Made by a program: the position numbers and the translations under genes. A DNA stretch of 63,400 nt, from positions 1 through 63,400 of IMG/VR virus record IMGVR_UViG_3300034101_001021, one strand, 5' to 3'. This stretch comes from a virus. Taxonomy: Duplodnaviria > Caudoviricetes. Shown in pieces: positions 24,994 to 34,274 of this stretch (positions are counted from its first letter, which is position 1; every line of letters begins with the position of its first letter). The notes below the pieces were generated by a model, which saw only the letters and a list, made by a program, of their open reading frames with translations, was not told where the DNA came from and did not search any database.

Positions 24994-25465
24994 TGTAAAG
25001 TCATATCACGCGACAAGTTCCTCGCTTGCCTATGCAGCCCGTACCCGGCTAAAGGGTGTAGTTATATCGCCTTCAACTTCGACGACTTTTAACTCATGTG
25101 TGGTTGATACTCAGGGTGCGTTGTCAGGTACGTACGATATTCCAGGCTCAACAACCTGTACGGTTACTATTGCTAATCACGGTCTGTCAAACGGCGACAT
25201 TGTTGGCTTTAACTTTACTAGCGGTACAGCAGTAGATGACTCATACACCGTAGCAAACGTAACAACCAACACGTTTACTATAACTACGGCAAGTCTGACC
25301 ACAAGTGGTGATGTGACGATGTATCCGTATGTTCTTGTTGAATTGGATTGTTCTTCAGGTACGGCGTTTTATACGCTGATTCCGGGTGAAGGTATTCTTG
25401 CACAGGGCGGTCTGTTTTGTTTGTTGCCGTCTACCACTGTAACGATGACTATTTTTTACGGGTAG
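24977..25465 (+). CDS. Structural protein paralog A with inserted beta domain
   Basis: MQYDVKS...R.K...NHGL..GD.V...IPGEGI...TIFYG. Confidence 0.75.
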   Translation: MAMQYDVKSYHATSSSLAYAARTRLKGVVISPSTSTTFNSCVVDTQGALSGTYDIPGSTTCTVTIANHGLSNGDIVGFNFTSGTAVDDSYTVANVTTNTFTITTASLTTSGDVTMYPYVLVELDCSSGTAFYTLIPGEGILAQGGLFCLLPSTTVTMTIFYG

Positions 25466-25469
25466 CGCC

Positions 25470-25961
25470 ATGATGCAATATGACGTTAAATCCGCTAGAG
25501 CAGCAAATACTGGGCTGTTGGTGACGCAGATTCCTGTTCGGCTAAAGTCAATTACGGTGACAAGCGCAACCGCGTCTTTAAGAACTACTTGTGTGTGCGA
25601 CCCGACACAACAAAAGTCTGGTACATATGCTCGTACAAGCCCGAGTGCCACAATTACTGTGACTATTACAAATCACGGCCTTGAGACCGGGGATCGAGTA
25701 TTTTTGGACTTCACATCTGGTACTGGGCGGGATGGAGCATATACCATCACAAAAACAGGTGATAACACGTTTACTTGTGAAGATGCACCGACTACAACCA
25801 CAAGTGGTAATGTCACGATGTATAGCAGTATTGCTTTAGAGATCGACACTTTTAATACAATTGGTTTACCCGTACTAATTCCCGGTGAAGGTATTTACTG
25901 CCCCAACGGTATTTTTGTGGGGTGTGGAGCTTCCGTAACTGCGACGGTGTTCTATGGCTAA
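25470..25961 (+). CDS. Structural protein paralog B with inserted beta domain
   Basis: Same motifs as 24977..25465. Confidence 0.75.
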   Translation: MMQYDVKSARAANTGLLVTQIPVRLKSITVTSATASLRTTCVCDPTQQKSGTYARTSPSATITVTITNHGLETGDRVFLDFTSGTGRDGAYTITKTGDNTFTCEDAPTTTTSGNVTMYSSIALEIDTFNTIGLPVLIPGEGIYCPNGIFVGCGASVTATVFYG

Positions 25962-26208
25962 GTCTCCAGCCTGGCAGCGTAAAGAAGGCAAGTCTGAAAA
26001 AGGCGGTCTTAACGCCAAGGGACGTGCTTCCTACAACGCTGCCAACCCTAGCAAGCCTGGCCTTAAAGCTCCACAGCCTGAAGGCGGTGCTCGTAAAAAG
26101 TCCTTTTGCGCCAGAATGACCGGCATGAAGAAAAAGCTGACTTCAGCCAAAACCGCCAATGATCCCAATAGCCGTATCAATAAGAGCCTCAGGGCGTGGA
26201 AATGCTAA
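25954..26208 (+). CDS. Small basic protein (DUF6321-like)
   Basis: GGLNAKGR, RKKSFCARM, DPNSR...LR.WKC. Confidence 0.75.
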   Translation: MAKSPAWQRKEGKSEKGGLNAKGRASYNAANPSKPGLKAPQPEGGARKKSFCARMTGMKKKLTSAKTANDPNSRINKSLRAWKC

Positions 26209-26457
26209 ATGGAAATGATGCTTTGGAATATCGTGTTAAGCGCGATAGTGGCAATCATGGGAATGATGCTTAAGGGCAAGTTTGATGAACTCAACCGCCT
26301 AAGTATCCTGCTTAACAGGACTCGGGAGGAAGTGGCGCGGGAACATATCACTCGTGCTGAAGTACGGCAAGACCTGGATAAGATCCGGGAACATTTTGAT
26401 GATGGCTTCCGCAGACTAGAGGCCAAACTTGACGCGATGGCGCAGAAAAGGATTTGA
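26209..26457 (+). CDS. Single-TM coiled-coil protein
   Basis: N-terminal TM; LLN.TREE, RLE.KLD. Confidence 0.7.
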   Translation: MEMMLWNIVLSAIVAIMGMMLKGKFDELNRLSILLNRTREEVAREHITRAEVRQDLDKIREHFDDGFRRLEAKLDAMAQKRI

Positions 26458-26458
26458 G

Positions 26459-26719
26459 ATGGAAAACAAAGACTCAAGCCGTACCAAAAAGATCAAAGAA
26501 GCCAAGATTGAAGATGACTTCATGGGTATTAAGAAGGGCGTCAAAGCCGCTACGGTAAAAGCCAGCGAGTTTGGTGATCGCCTTGGGTTTACCCAGGAGG
26601 ATTACTACGGTCCAAAAAAGACCGAGAAAAAAGCCAGTGGTGGAATGATTAAGTCGTCAGCCTCTAAGCGAGCTGATGGGTGTGCTGTCCGTGGAAAAAC
26701 GAAAGGGAAAATGATATGA
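26459..26719 (+). CDS. Small basic internal-virion-like protein
   Basis: KKASGG; ASKRADGCA.RGKTKG. Confidence 0.7.
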   Translation: MENKDSSRTKKIKEAKIEDDFMGIKKGVKAATVKASEFGDRLGFTQEDYYGPKKTEKKASGGMIKSSASKRADGCAVRGKTKGKMI

Positions 26720-26955
26720 AAAAGATGACTGGTATGGGTGCCTCTAAGATGGGTTCCGTTAAGACCGCTGCTCCAAGCAAAGACGGTGTTGCTACCAAAG
26801 GCAAGACCAAAGGCAAGATGATCAAGATGGCTGAAGGCGGAAAGATGCCCATGGTTATGAAGGGTGGGAAGTCTGTTCCTGCTTTCGCTGCCGACGGTAA
26901 AGGCAAAATGGCCAAAGGTGGCATGACCAAGATGCGCTATGGTGGTAAGTGCTAA
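26716..26955 (+). CDS. Small K/M/G-rich basic protein
   Basis: ATGA overlap; MAEGG, MAKGG repeats. Confidence 0.7.
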   Translation: MKKMTGMGASKMGSVKTAAPSKDGVATKGKTKGKMIKMAEGGKMPMVMKGGKSVPAFAADGKGKMAKGGMTKMRYGGKC

Positions 26956-27240
26956 ATGAGGCCGTCTCGCGGAATGGGCGATATTCGCCCTTCAAAGATG
27001 CCAGAAGCCAAAATAGGAAGGCGGAAAGATGGCGATAAATTCACTACTTTCAAAGATGGTGGGAAGGTTAAGTCTCGCGTCAATGAAGCAGGCGTTTATA
27101 CAAAGCCTTCAATGCGTAAAAAGCTCTTTGAGCAAATTAAAGGTTCCGCGACTCAAGGGACTTCTGCGGGCCAATGGTCAGCCAGAAAAGCCCAACTCTT
27201 AGCCAAGAAGTACAAAGCCAAAGGCGGCGGTTATAAGTGA
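26956..27240 (+). CDS. Small basic protein
   Basis: FKDGG; YTKP.MR, GQWSARKAQ.LA..YK..GGGY. Confidence 0.7.
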   Translation: MRPSRGMGDIRPSKMPEAKIGRRKDGDKFTTFKDGGKVKSRVNEAGVYTKPSMRKKLFEQIKGSATQGTSAGQWSARKAQLLAKKYKAKGGGYK

Positions 27241-27339
27241 TCAAGGCCCCGGTGTATGACCCAAAGAGAGACGGCAACGTTTTTCAATGGTTACTCATCG
27301 CGGCTCAGGTTTACAGACAACGGAAACAGGTAGAGTCAA

Positions 27340-27579
27340 ATGCCGCTAAAGAAGCCACAACAGAGCTTAAAAGACTGGGGAACCCAGAAGTGGAAAACTA
27401 AAAGTGGCAAACCGTCTTCCGTTACTGGCGAACGCTATCTCCCAGAGAAGGCGATCAACGCACTATCTCCAGCTGAGTATGCAGCGACGACTAGAGCGAA
27501 GCGAGCTGGTAAAGCTGGTGGAAAGCAGTTCGTTAAACAACCAAAGTCAATTGCAGCAAAGACAGCGAGGTTCAGATGA
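27340..27579 (+). CDS. Small basic protein (DUF5872-like)
   Basis: QQSLKDW..QKW.TKSGK.S..TGERYLP. Confidence 0.7.
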   Translation: MPLKKPQQSLKDWGTQKWKTKSGKPSSVTGERYLPEKAINALSPAEYAATTRAKRAGKAGGKQFVKQPKSIAAKTARFR

Positions 27580-27848
27580 AAACGGTTACTCCTAGTCCAT
27601 CCAAAGAAGACCAGATGAGCAAAGACCCGATTGAACAGATCAAGAAGGCCAAGGGCAAAACGGTCATAGCCAAGTCTGGTGGTTGGATCAAAGATGCCAT
27701 CAAGAAGCCTGGCGCCCTTCGTTCGTCTCTTGGCGTCAAAAAGGGTGAGAAGATACCGGCTGGGAAACTTGCTGCCGCTGCCAAAAAACCTGGAAAAATA
27801 GGCCAAAGAGCACGTTTAGCCCAGACATTGAAGAAATTAGGAAAGTAA
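27576..27848 (+). CDS. Small basic protein
   Basis: WIK.AIKKPGALR..LG...G.RARLAQTL. Confidence 0.7.
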   Translation: MKTVTPSPSKEDQMSKDPIEQIKKAKGKTVIAKSGGWIKDAIKKPGALRSSLGVKKGEKIPAGKLAAAAKKPGKIGQRARLAQTLKKLGK

Positions 27849-27849
27849 T

Positions 27850-28782
27850 ATGCCAACGTCCGGCACCGTAGCATTTAACCTAGACCTCTCCAACCTGATT
27901 GAAGAGGCGTTTGAGCGCGTCGGTGGTGAGCTGCGTTCAGGGTATGACTTACGGACGGCAAGGCGGTCTTTGAACCTGTTGACCATCGAGTGGGCTAACA
28001 GGGGTATCAATCTGTGGACGATGGAGCAGGGGTCTTTCCCGCTGGTTACAGGACAGGCCATTTATCCGATCCCCGTAGATACCATCCAGATCCTCGATAC
28101 GGTCATTCGGCAGAATCCTGGAACACTGAACCAGATCGACATCAACATCAGCAACATCGCGGAACCAACGTACTCCTCGATACCCAATAAGTTAACCCAG
28201 GGCAGGCCGATCCAGTATTGGTTCAACCGGCAGTCTGGTAACGACAATCCTACGACGATTCTTCTGGCCCAGAACATTACGGCCACTGACACGACCATAC
28301 CCCTGTCTACGACTACGGGCCTGGCTGCGGCAGGATTCATCAAGATCAACAACGAGACGATCAGCTACCCAAACATCTCCGGTAACTCGCTAATCAACTG
28401 CGCCCGTGGACAGAACGGCACCACGGCAGTAGGACACAACGTTATCGGCACCCCTGTTATCACGGTCCAAAACCTCCCGTGCGTGAACATATGGCCAACG
28501 CCAAACCCACCGGGAGACCAGTACACGTTTGTCTACTGGAGACTTCGTAGGATGCAGGATGCGGGCAATGGAACGACGGTACAGGACATCCCTTTCCGTC
28601 TTATCCCGTGCATGGTGGCTGGCTTGTCTTACTACTTAGGCATGAAGCTGCCAGGCATAGACCCCACCAGGATTCAGATGCTGAAGATGGACTACGAAGA
28701 GCAGTGGACACTAGCATCGGCTGAGGACAGAGATACAGCACCGCTGCGTATCGTCCCCCGCAATATGTTCTATTACGGGTAA
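27850..28782 (+). CDS. Head-tail adaptor / tail tubular A-like protein with inserted beta domain
   Basis: IEEAFER.G, ARRSLNL...W.NRG.NLW, GRP.QY, WPTP, GL.YYL. Confidence 0.7.
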   Translation: MPTSGTVAFNLDLSNLIEEAFERVGGELRSGYDLRTARRSLNLLTIEWANRGINLWTMEQGSFPLVTGQAIYPIPVDTIQILDTVIRQNPGTLNQIDINISNIAEPTYSSIPNKLTQGRPIQYWFNRQSGNDNPTTILLAQNITATDTTIPLSTTTGLAAAGFIKINNETISYPNISGNSLINCARGQNGTTAVGHNVIGTPVITVQNLPCVNIWPTPNPPGDQYTFVYWRLRRMQDAGNGTTVQDIPFRLIPCMVAGLSYYLGMKLPGIDPTRIQMLKMDYEEQWTLASAEDRDTAPLRIVPRNMFYYG

Positions 28783-28785
28783 GCC

Positions 28786-29214
28786 ATGTCTAACAGGTTT
28801 GCTTCGGGCAAGTTTGCAATTGCTGAGTGCGATAGGTGTGATCAGAGGTTCATGTTAAAAGAGTTGCGTATCCAGACGGTTAAGACCAGGCCATTTAAGA
28901 TCAAAGTGTGCCGGGCCTGTTGGGATCCTGATCAGCCCCAGCTACAGCTTGGTATGTACCCGGTCAACGATCCACAAGCCGTTAGAGAGCCGCGCCCAGA
29001 CGTCAGTTATAGGCAGTCTGGAACGACAGGATTGCAGGAGCTTACGACCAATAGCACGGCCCCACTGGGCTTTGGTTTTCCGGCAGAAGGCAGTAGAGTG
29101 TTCCAATGGGGATGGTACCCAATAGGTGGGGCCAGCGCTGAAGATGCGGGGTTGACGCCAAACGATTTAGTGGCTACAACAGCCGTAGGAACTGTATCAA
29201 TCTCAATATCCTAG
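28786..29214 (+). CDS. Zn-binding hypothetical tail-module protein
   Basis: CDRC...CRACW.P..PQL, DPQA...PRPD. Confidence 0.7.
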   Translation: MSNRFASGKFAIAECDRCDQRFMLKELRIQTVKTRPFKIKVCRACWDPDQPQLQLGMYPVNDPQAVREPRPDVSYRQSGTTGLQELTTNSTAPLGFGFPAEGSRVFQWGWYPIGGASAEDAGLTPNDLVATTAVGTVSISIS

Positions 29215-29223
29215 GAGTTTAAA

Positions 29224-29421
29224 ATGATGAAAAGTATGCGCGGCGTTGCAAAGCGGGAAGCCATGAAGGCCGTTAAGGGCCATGAGGCAACCATGCACAA
29301 GGCCAAGAAAATGAAGGCTGGCGGTCCCACCTCTATGGACATGAAGAAGTATGGCCGTGGAATGGCTAAGGTGATGAATCAGCGTTCGCCGGTTCGTAAA
29401 GTACGTGCTACGGGGATCTAA
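29224..29421 (+). CDS. Small basic protein
   Basis: AGGAG RBS; HE..MH, MKAGG, YGRGMAK. Confidence 0.7.
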   Translation: MMKSMRGVAKREAMKAVKGHEATMHKAKKMKAGGPTSMDMKKYGRGMAKVMNQRSPVRKVRATGI

Positions 29422-29423
29422 TC

Positions 29424-29714
29424 ATGGCTAAATACAGCAATAAAGTAATGGGCAAAGAGGTCGGAGACGGCGCTCTTTATGCCCCTCCCCATACGATGAC
29501 CGGAAAGGACATTGGCCCTAAAGAGGCTATGAAGGCTGTCAGTCGTCCTCCAGATCCCAACACCCTCGCTGCTAAAGACTTTACCTGCAACACCCCGGCT
29601 GGGCGTGTGAGCTTTGGTGACCCTGGCCGCGACTATGTAAAGACCGACGGGATCAAGATCCGTGGGACTGGTGCGGCTACTAAGGGTGTAATGGCTCGGG
29701 GACCGATGGCGTGA
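29424..29714 (+). CDS. Small basic protein
   Basis: GIKIRGTGAATKG.MARGPMA C-terminus. Confidence 0.7.
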   Translation: MAKYSNKVMGKEVGDGALYAPPHTMTGKDIGPKEAMKAVSRPPDPNTLAAKDFTCNTPAGRVSFGDPGRDYVKTDGIKIRGTGAATKGVMARGPMA

Positions 29715-30367
29715 ACTACACGGAACTGACCGCTGCAATTAAGGGCTATGCAGAAAATGATTTCCCAGAGACTGTGGGGAGTTTTACCTCTGCATCCCAG
29801 ATAGCCACGTTTGTCCAAGAGGCTGAGCAGCGGATCTACAATTCCATTCAGATTCTTGCCCTGCGGAAGAACTCGACTGGTACGGTTACGGGAGGAAGTC
29901 AGTATTTGACCGCCCCTGTAGACTGGTTGGCAACTTTCTCTTTGGCCGTGATTGACCCGGTTACGGGAGAGTACGAGTACCTTCTGGACAAGGATGTGAA
30001 CTTCATCCGCCAGGCGTATCCGTACCCGACGACATCAGGCAAGCCCCTGTACTACGGGTTGTGGGATGAAAATACGTTCATTCTCGGGCCGACACCGGAT
30101 GTTAACTACGTTATGGAGCTGCATTACTTCTACTATCCAGAGTCAATAGTGACGGCTGGAACGTCCTGGCTTGGCGATAACTTTGACTCTGTCCTTCTGT
30201 ACGGGGCTTTGCTGGAGGCTGCGGCGTTCATGAAGAGCGACCCAGATACAATAGCCAACTATACGGCTCGTTACGGTGAAGCCATGGATGTGCTCAAACA
30301 GCTCAGCGAAGGTAAGAACAGGTCTGACGCCTACAGAAACGGGCAGATTAGGGTTCCAATTAGATGA
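29711..30367 (+). CDS. Tail adaptor (gp11-like) protein
   Basis: MNY.EL..AI, F...AE.RI, G.P.YY, PTPD..Y, LLYG.L.EA. Confidence 0.75.
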   Translation: MNYTELTAAIKGYAENDFPETVGSFTSASQIATFVQEAEQRIYNSIQILALRKNSTGTVTGGSQYLTAPVDWLATFSLAVIDPVTGEYEYLLDKDVNFIRQAYPYPTTSGKPLYYGLWDENTFILGPTPDVNYVMELHYFYYPESIVTAGTSWLGDNFDSVLLYGALLEAAAFMKSDPDTIANYTARYGEAMDVLKQLSEGKNRSDAYRNGQIRVPIR

Positions 30368-30780
30368 TCGTTCAGACGCAGACCACCTCTTTCAAAGAGG
30401 AACTCTACGAAGGAATCCACGACCTTTTGACGGATACTTTGAAGATGGCTCTGTATACGGCCAACGCAGATCTAAACGCTGCCACAACCGTCTACACAAC
30501 AGATCAAGAAGTGTCTGGAACAGGGTATACAGCCGGGGGAGATACTGTAACAAATGTTACAGTGCAATCATCTGGGAATACTGCATACGTCAATTTTGAC
30601 AATGTCCAGTGGCCTGGCGCCTCGTTTACTACCCGTGGAGCTTTGCTCTACAACGCTAGCAAAGCAAACCGTTCGATTGCGGTCATCAATTTTGGTTCCG
30701 ATAAGATTGTAAATAACGGTACTTTTACCGTAACTATGCCTGCCAACACGGCCACAACCGCCCTGATAAGGTCAACCTAA
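30364..30780 (+). CDS. Tail structural protein
   Basis: SFK.EL, D.LKMALY, EVSGTGY.AGG. Confidence 0.75.
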   Translation: MIVQTQTTSFKEELYEGIHDLLTDTLKMALYTANADLNAATTVYTTDQEVSGTGYTAGGDTVTNVTVQSSGNTAYVNFDNVQWPGASFTTRGALLYNASKANRSIAVINFGSDKIVNNGTFTVTMPANTATTALIRST

Positions 30781-31646
30781 TGTTCGCCTCGTTCTTCTCT
30801 GAGCCGCCTACTGTCGTGGTATCTCAGATCCCGCCTACTGAGCATGAGACCTGGATGCCGGCAGAAGACTTTGAGATGTGTGGGTCGTTGAACATTGACT
30901 TGGATCTACTGAAAAACAACGTCTCAACCAACATCAAGCGGGGCTTTCAACAGATCGCTCCCCACCCTACCAATGAGGTAGAGGCAATGATTGTTGGTGG
31001 AGGGCCGTCCCTCAAAGAATACATCCACGAAATTAAGATGCTTCGCCGCAATGGCGTGAAGCTGATTACGTTAAACAATGCTTACCAATACTGCATCGAT
31101 GCTGGGGTCATGCCATCTGCCATGGTTATGGTCGATGCCAGGCCGTTTAATGCGCGGTTTGTGCAAAACATTGTCCCGGACTGCAAATACTTTATAGCGT
31201 CACAATGTGACCCATCGGTCTTTGATAACTTGCCAAAAGACAGGACGTACATCTGGCATACCAGCGCGGAAGAGATAAGCGATCTGCTGGCTACGGAATA
31301 CGCAAATTGGTATCCGGTTCCAGGTGGATCTACTGTCTTGTTGCGGGCGTTACCTTTGTTTAGAATGTTGGGATTCAAGCGTTTTCACATCTTCGGGTGT
31401 GATTCTTGTTTGGAGGATGGAGCGCACCATGCTTACGAGCAGCAAGAAAATGATGACCAGATGGTCATTCCTGTGCGTGTCGGCGGCAAAGTTTTTCACT
31501 GTAATCCGTGGATGGTTTCTCAGGCCAAAGAGTTTATTGACTTGATTGGCTGCATGGGTGACGTAATGGAGCTGGAAATCTACGGCGGGTTACTCCGTCA
31601 AATTTTGGAAACTGGCGCTTCTCGCGCAGACTTAGAGGAGATTTAA
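30780..31646 (+). CDS. Maf/DUF115 (MptE-like, sialyltransferase-like fold) putative glycosyltransferase
   Basis: IVGGGPSL, LN.AY, P...V.VD, ASQC.P..F, GGST, GF..FHIFG.DS. Confidence 0.7.
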   Translation: MFASFFSEPPTVVVSQIPPTEHETWMPAEDFEMCGSLNIDLDLLKNNVSTNIKRGFQQIAPHPTNEVEAMIVGGGPSLKEYIHEIKMLRRNGVKLITLNNAYQYCIDAGVMPSAMVMVDARPFNARFVQNIVPDCKYFIASQCDPSVFDNLPKDRTYIWHTSAEEISDLLATEYANWYPVPGGSTVLLRALPLFRMLGFKRFHIFGCDSCLEDGAHHAYEQQENDDQMVIPVRVGGKVFHCNPWMVSQAKEFIDLIGCMGDVMELEIYGGLLRQILETGASRADLEEI

Positions 31647-31647
31647 A

Positions 31648-32115
31648 ATGGCTGCAACCGCATGGCAACTGTATAACACTGCTAAACGCTACATCGGCAA
31701 CGGGACGATTGAACTCGGCGCTGGTAACTTCAAGATGGCATTGTTCCGTACTTCTAGTAATGCTTCGACTTTTACCCTGAGCACGTTTGCTTCTTTGACT
31801 GCTCAGATCTCTGCGACCGGCGGATATGTGAGTGGTGGTAAAGCCCTGGTCCCCGCTACGGGCCAGTGGACTACCGGCGCTTCTGCTAAGCAGATGAAGT
31901 TCACCTACTCCACAGTGGGCCTGACCTTCACAGCTTCTGGCGCATCACTGACAAACATTCGGTACGCGGTAATTACGTATGGTGCTTCGGCTGCGGTAGC
32001 TTCTGCCCGTAAGCTGGTCTGCTTCTGCCAGCTATCGAGCGCACAGTTTTCCGTAACGTCGCCTAATACTCTTACGGTGCTACCCGCTGCGACCGGCGTC
32101 TTCACCCTTACCTAA
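31648..32115 (+). CDS. Tail structural protein, distant paralog of 30364..30780
   Basis: FKMALF, GY.SGG, A.GA..T motifs shared. Confidence 0.7.
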   Translation: MAATAWQLYNTAKRYIGNGTIELGAGNFKMALFRTSSNASTFTLSTFASLTAQISATGGYVSGGKALVPATGQWTTGASAKQMKFTYSTVGLTFTASGASLTNIRYAVITYGASAAVASARKLVCFCQLSSAQFSVTSPNTLTVLPAATGVFTLT

Positions 32116-32131
32116 AAAGTAAGGGGGCAAG

Positions 32132-33028
32132 GTGTTTGCTCAAGCCCCGTTTTCCGGCGCTCCTTTTGCATCTGAAGAGGGGACGTCTAATCCCGTAATC
32201 ACTGTTGATACGGGAAGTATCTCTATTTCTGGGTTTGCACCAAGTGTTTTTTCTTCGGTGCTTGTAACGCCAGGAGTTGGAGCGCTAAATTTAACTGGTT
32301 TTGCGCCTGATTTAATAGTTGATGCTGTAGTAACACCAGCGTCAGGAAGCATTTCTATTCAAGGCTATGCGCCTTTAGTAGAAAACTTAATTGACATTAC
32401 AGTTGGCGCTGGGGCCATTTCAATAGACGGAAAGGTTCCGGTCGCTCTTGTAGGGAATACCGTATCAACAGTTGTTGGGTCGGTCAGCATACAAGGTTAC
32501 GCCCCAGAAGTTTTATCAAGTTTTGCAATTTCACCGGGAACCTATGATTTAAGTATTGTAGGTAACGTACCAGAAGTAATTTTAAAATTAAGTGTTACTC
32601 CAGCAACAGGGGCAATAGTTGTTGCGTCTGATGCAAGCACTGTTTTAACTGGTGCTGTAATTCAACCTGGCGTGGGATCTATAGCAATAACTGGGGCAGC
32701 GCCAAGTTTATCTTTTGTTATTCATACTCAAACTGGTTCTTTATCGGCCCAGGGGAACGCTCCGGTAGTTAACAGCGGGGTGTTTGTACCATCCACTGCC
32801 CTAACGTTTGCCGGCGCTGCGCCAAGTGTTGTTCCAGGAAGGGCAATTGCTCCGCAGTCTGGGTCGATGACAATTGCAACAAGCGTACCCACTGTTTTGC
32901 CAAGTTTTGAAATAAGACCAGGAACAGCAAATTTAGTTATCGTGACTTTTGCTCCCAAACGGCAGAGTCCAAATTGGGTTGTAATAAACGACACGCAAGA
33001 TCCTAATTGGATACAGATTGCCGCATAG
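32132..33028 (+). CDS. Repetitive beta-strand fibre/stalk protein
   Basis: About 23-aa repeats (TP..GSISI.G.AP.V); N-terminal MFAQAPFSGAPFAS; C-terminal W..IND.Q.PNW. Confidence 0.7.
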   Translation: MFAQAPFSGAPFASEEGTSNPVITVDTGSISISGFAPSVFSSVLVTPGVGALNLTGFAPDLIVDAVVTPASGSISIQGYAPLVENLIDITVGAGAISIDGKVPVALVGNTVSTVVGSVSIQGYAPEVLSSFAISPGTYDLSIVGNVPEVILKLSVTPATGAIVVASDASTVLTGAVIQPGVGSIAITGAAPSLSFVIHTQTGSLSAQGNAPVVNSGVFVPSTALTFAGAAPSVVPGRAIAPQSGSMTIATSVPTVLPSFEIRPGTANLVIVTFAPKRQSPNWVVINDTQDPNWIQIAA

Positions 33029-33038
33029 AGGATAGATC

Positions 33039-34274
33039 ATGGCATTAGTTCTCAAAGACAGAGTTAAAGAAACTACGACCACAACCAGCACGGGGGCCTA
33101 TACATTGGCTGGTGCAGTTGGTGGCTACCAATCATTTTCTGTAATAGGAAACGCCAACACTACGTACTACGCCGTAACAAACGGCACAGACTGGGAAGTT
33201 GGCATTGGAACCTATACAGCGTCTGGCACCATACTTAGTCGAGATACGATCCTAGAGTCCTCAAACTCTGGTAATGCAGTCAACTGGAGCGCAGGAACTA
33301 AAGAGATCTTTTGTACGTACCCCGCTGAACGTTCTATGTACGTTGATGGAACGACAATTACACCAGCTATATCCGCCAGGCTTGGGTTCGCTAATCTTGC
33401 TCAAGGATCTGCCCTGTCAGTCCTTGGTGTAACAGGCAATTCAACAGCAGACAACGCCAGTATCGCCGCCGGTACAGATAATCAGGTACTTCGTAGATCA
33501 GGGACGGCAGTGGCTTTTGGCGCAGTCAACCTAGCGTCTACTGCTGCTGTTACTGGCGATCTCCCCTTCTCCAATCTTGCCCAAGGTTCCGCTCTTTCCG
33601 TATTAGGTGTTACGGGAAACGCTACGGCAGATAACGCAAGTATTGCGGCGGGTACTGATCATCAAGTTCTTCGTAGGTCTGGTACGGCAGTAGCGTTCGG
33701 CGCAGTAAATCTTGCCCAAGCAGCAGCGATTACAGGAACTTTGCCGGTAGGTAATGGTGGTACAGGCATAACTTCCTTTGGTGCCGGTGTAGCCACTTGG
33801 CTTGGAACTCCTTCTTCTGCAAACCTAGCAGCGGCAGTGACTGACGAGACGGGTACTGGGTCTCTTGTCTTTGCAACCTCTCCGACTCTTGTAACCCCTA
33901 TTCTTGGAACCCCGACCTCCGGCGCTCTGACAAATTGCACGGCAGACGGTACCAATGCGGTTGGATATCGAAATATACCCGCTGTAGCAGACAAGACGAC
34001 CTCGTACTCATTGCAGACATCTGACGTTGGCAAGGTTGTGGGTGTTGGCTCTGGGGGCTCAATCACCATTCCAAACTCAACCTTTGCCGCTGGTGATGCC
34101 GTGCTGATCTTCAACAACACCGCTGGAGACGTAACAATCACGTGCACGATCACGACTGCTTATATTGCAGGTGCAGACGCTGATGTAGCTTCTGTAACCC
34201 TCTCGACCAGAGGTGTATGTAATATCCTCTTCTTGAGTGGTACCGCCTGCGTCCTTACAGGGAACATTGCATAA
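33039..34274 (+). CDS. Tail fibre: shared N-terminal domain, internal 60-aa duplication, C-terminal tip domain
   Basis: DRVKETTTT...WEVGIGTY...; TGTLPVGNGGTG; GTGSLVFATSPTLVTP. Confidence 0.85.
   Translation: MALVLKDRVKETTTTTSTGAYTLAGAVGGYQSFSVIGNANTTYYAVTNGTDWEVGIGTYTASGTILSRDTILESSNSGNAVNWSAGTKEIFCTYPAERSMYVDGTTITPAISARLGFANLAQGSALSVLGVTGNSTADNASIAAGTDNQVLRRSGTAVAFGAVNLASTAAVTGDLPFSNLAQGSALSVLGVTGNATADNASIAAGTDHQVLRRSGTAVAFGAVNLAQAAAITGTLPVGNGGTGITSFGAGVATWLGTPSSANLAAAVTDETGTGSLVFATSPTLVTPILGTPTSGALTNCTADGTNAVGYRNIPAVADKTTSYSLQTSDVGKVVGVGSGGSITIPNSTFAAGDAVLIFNNTAGDVTITCTITTAYIAGADADVASVTLSTRGVCNILFLSGTACVLTGNIA

Noticed and set aside
27237-27401. Possible 54-aa GTG-start ORF between two basic-protein genes
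   Set aside because: It fills a gap with a GTGA overlap, but overlaps the next gene by 62 nt with a weak RBS and no recognisable motif; not enough support to list
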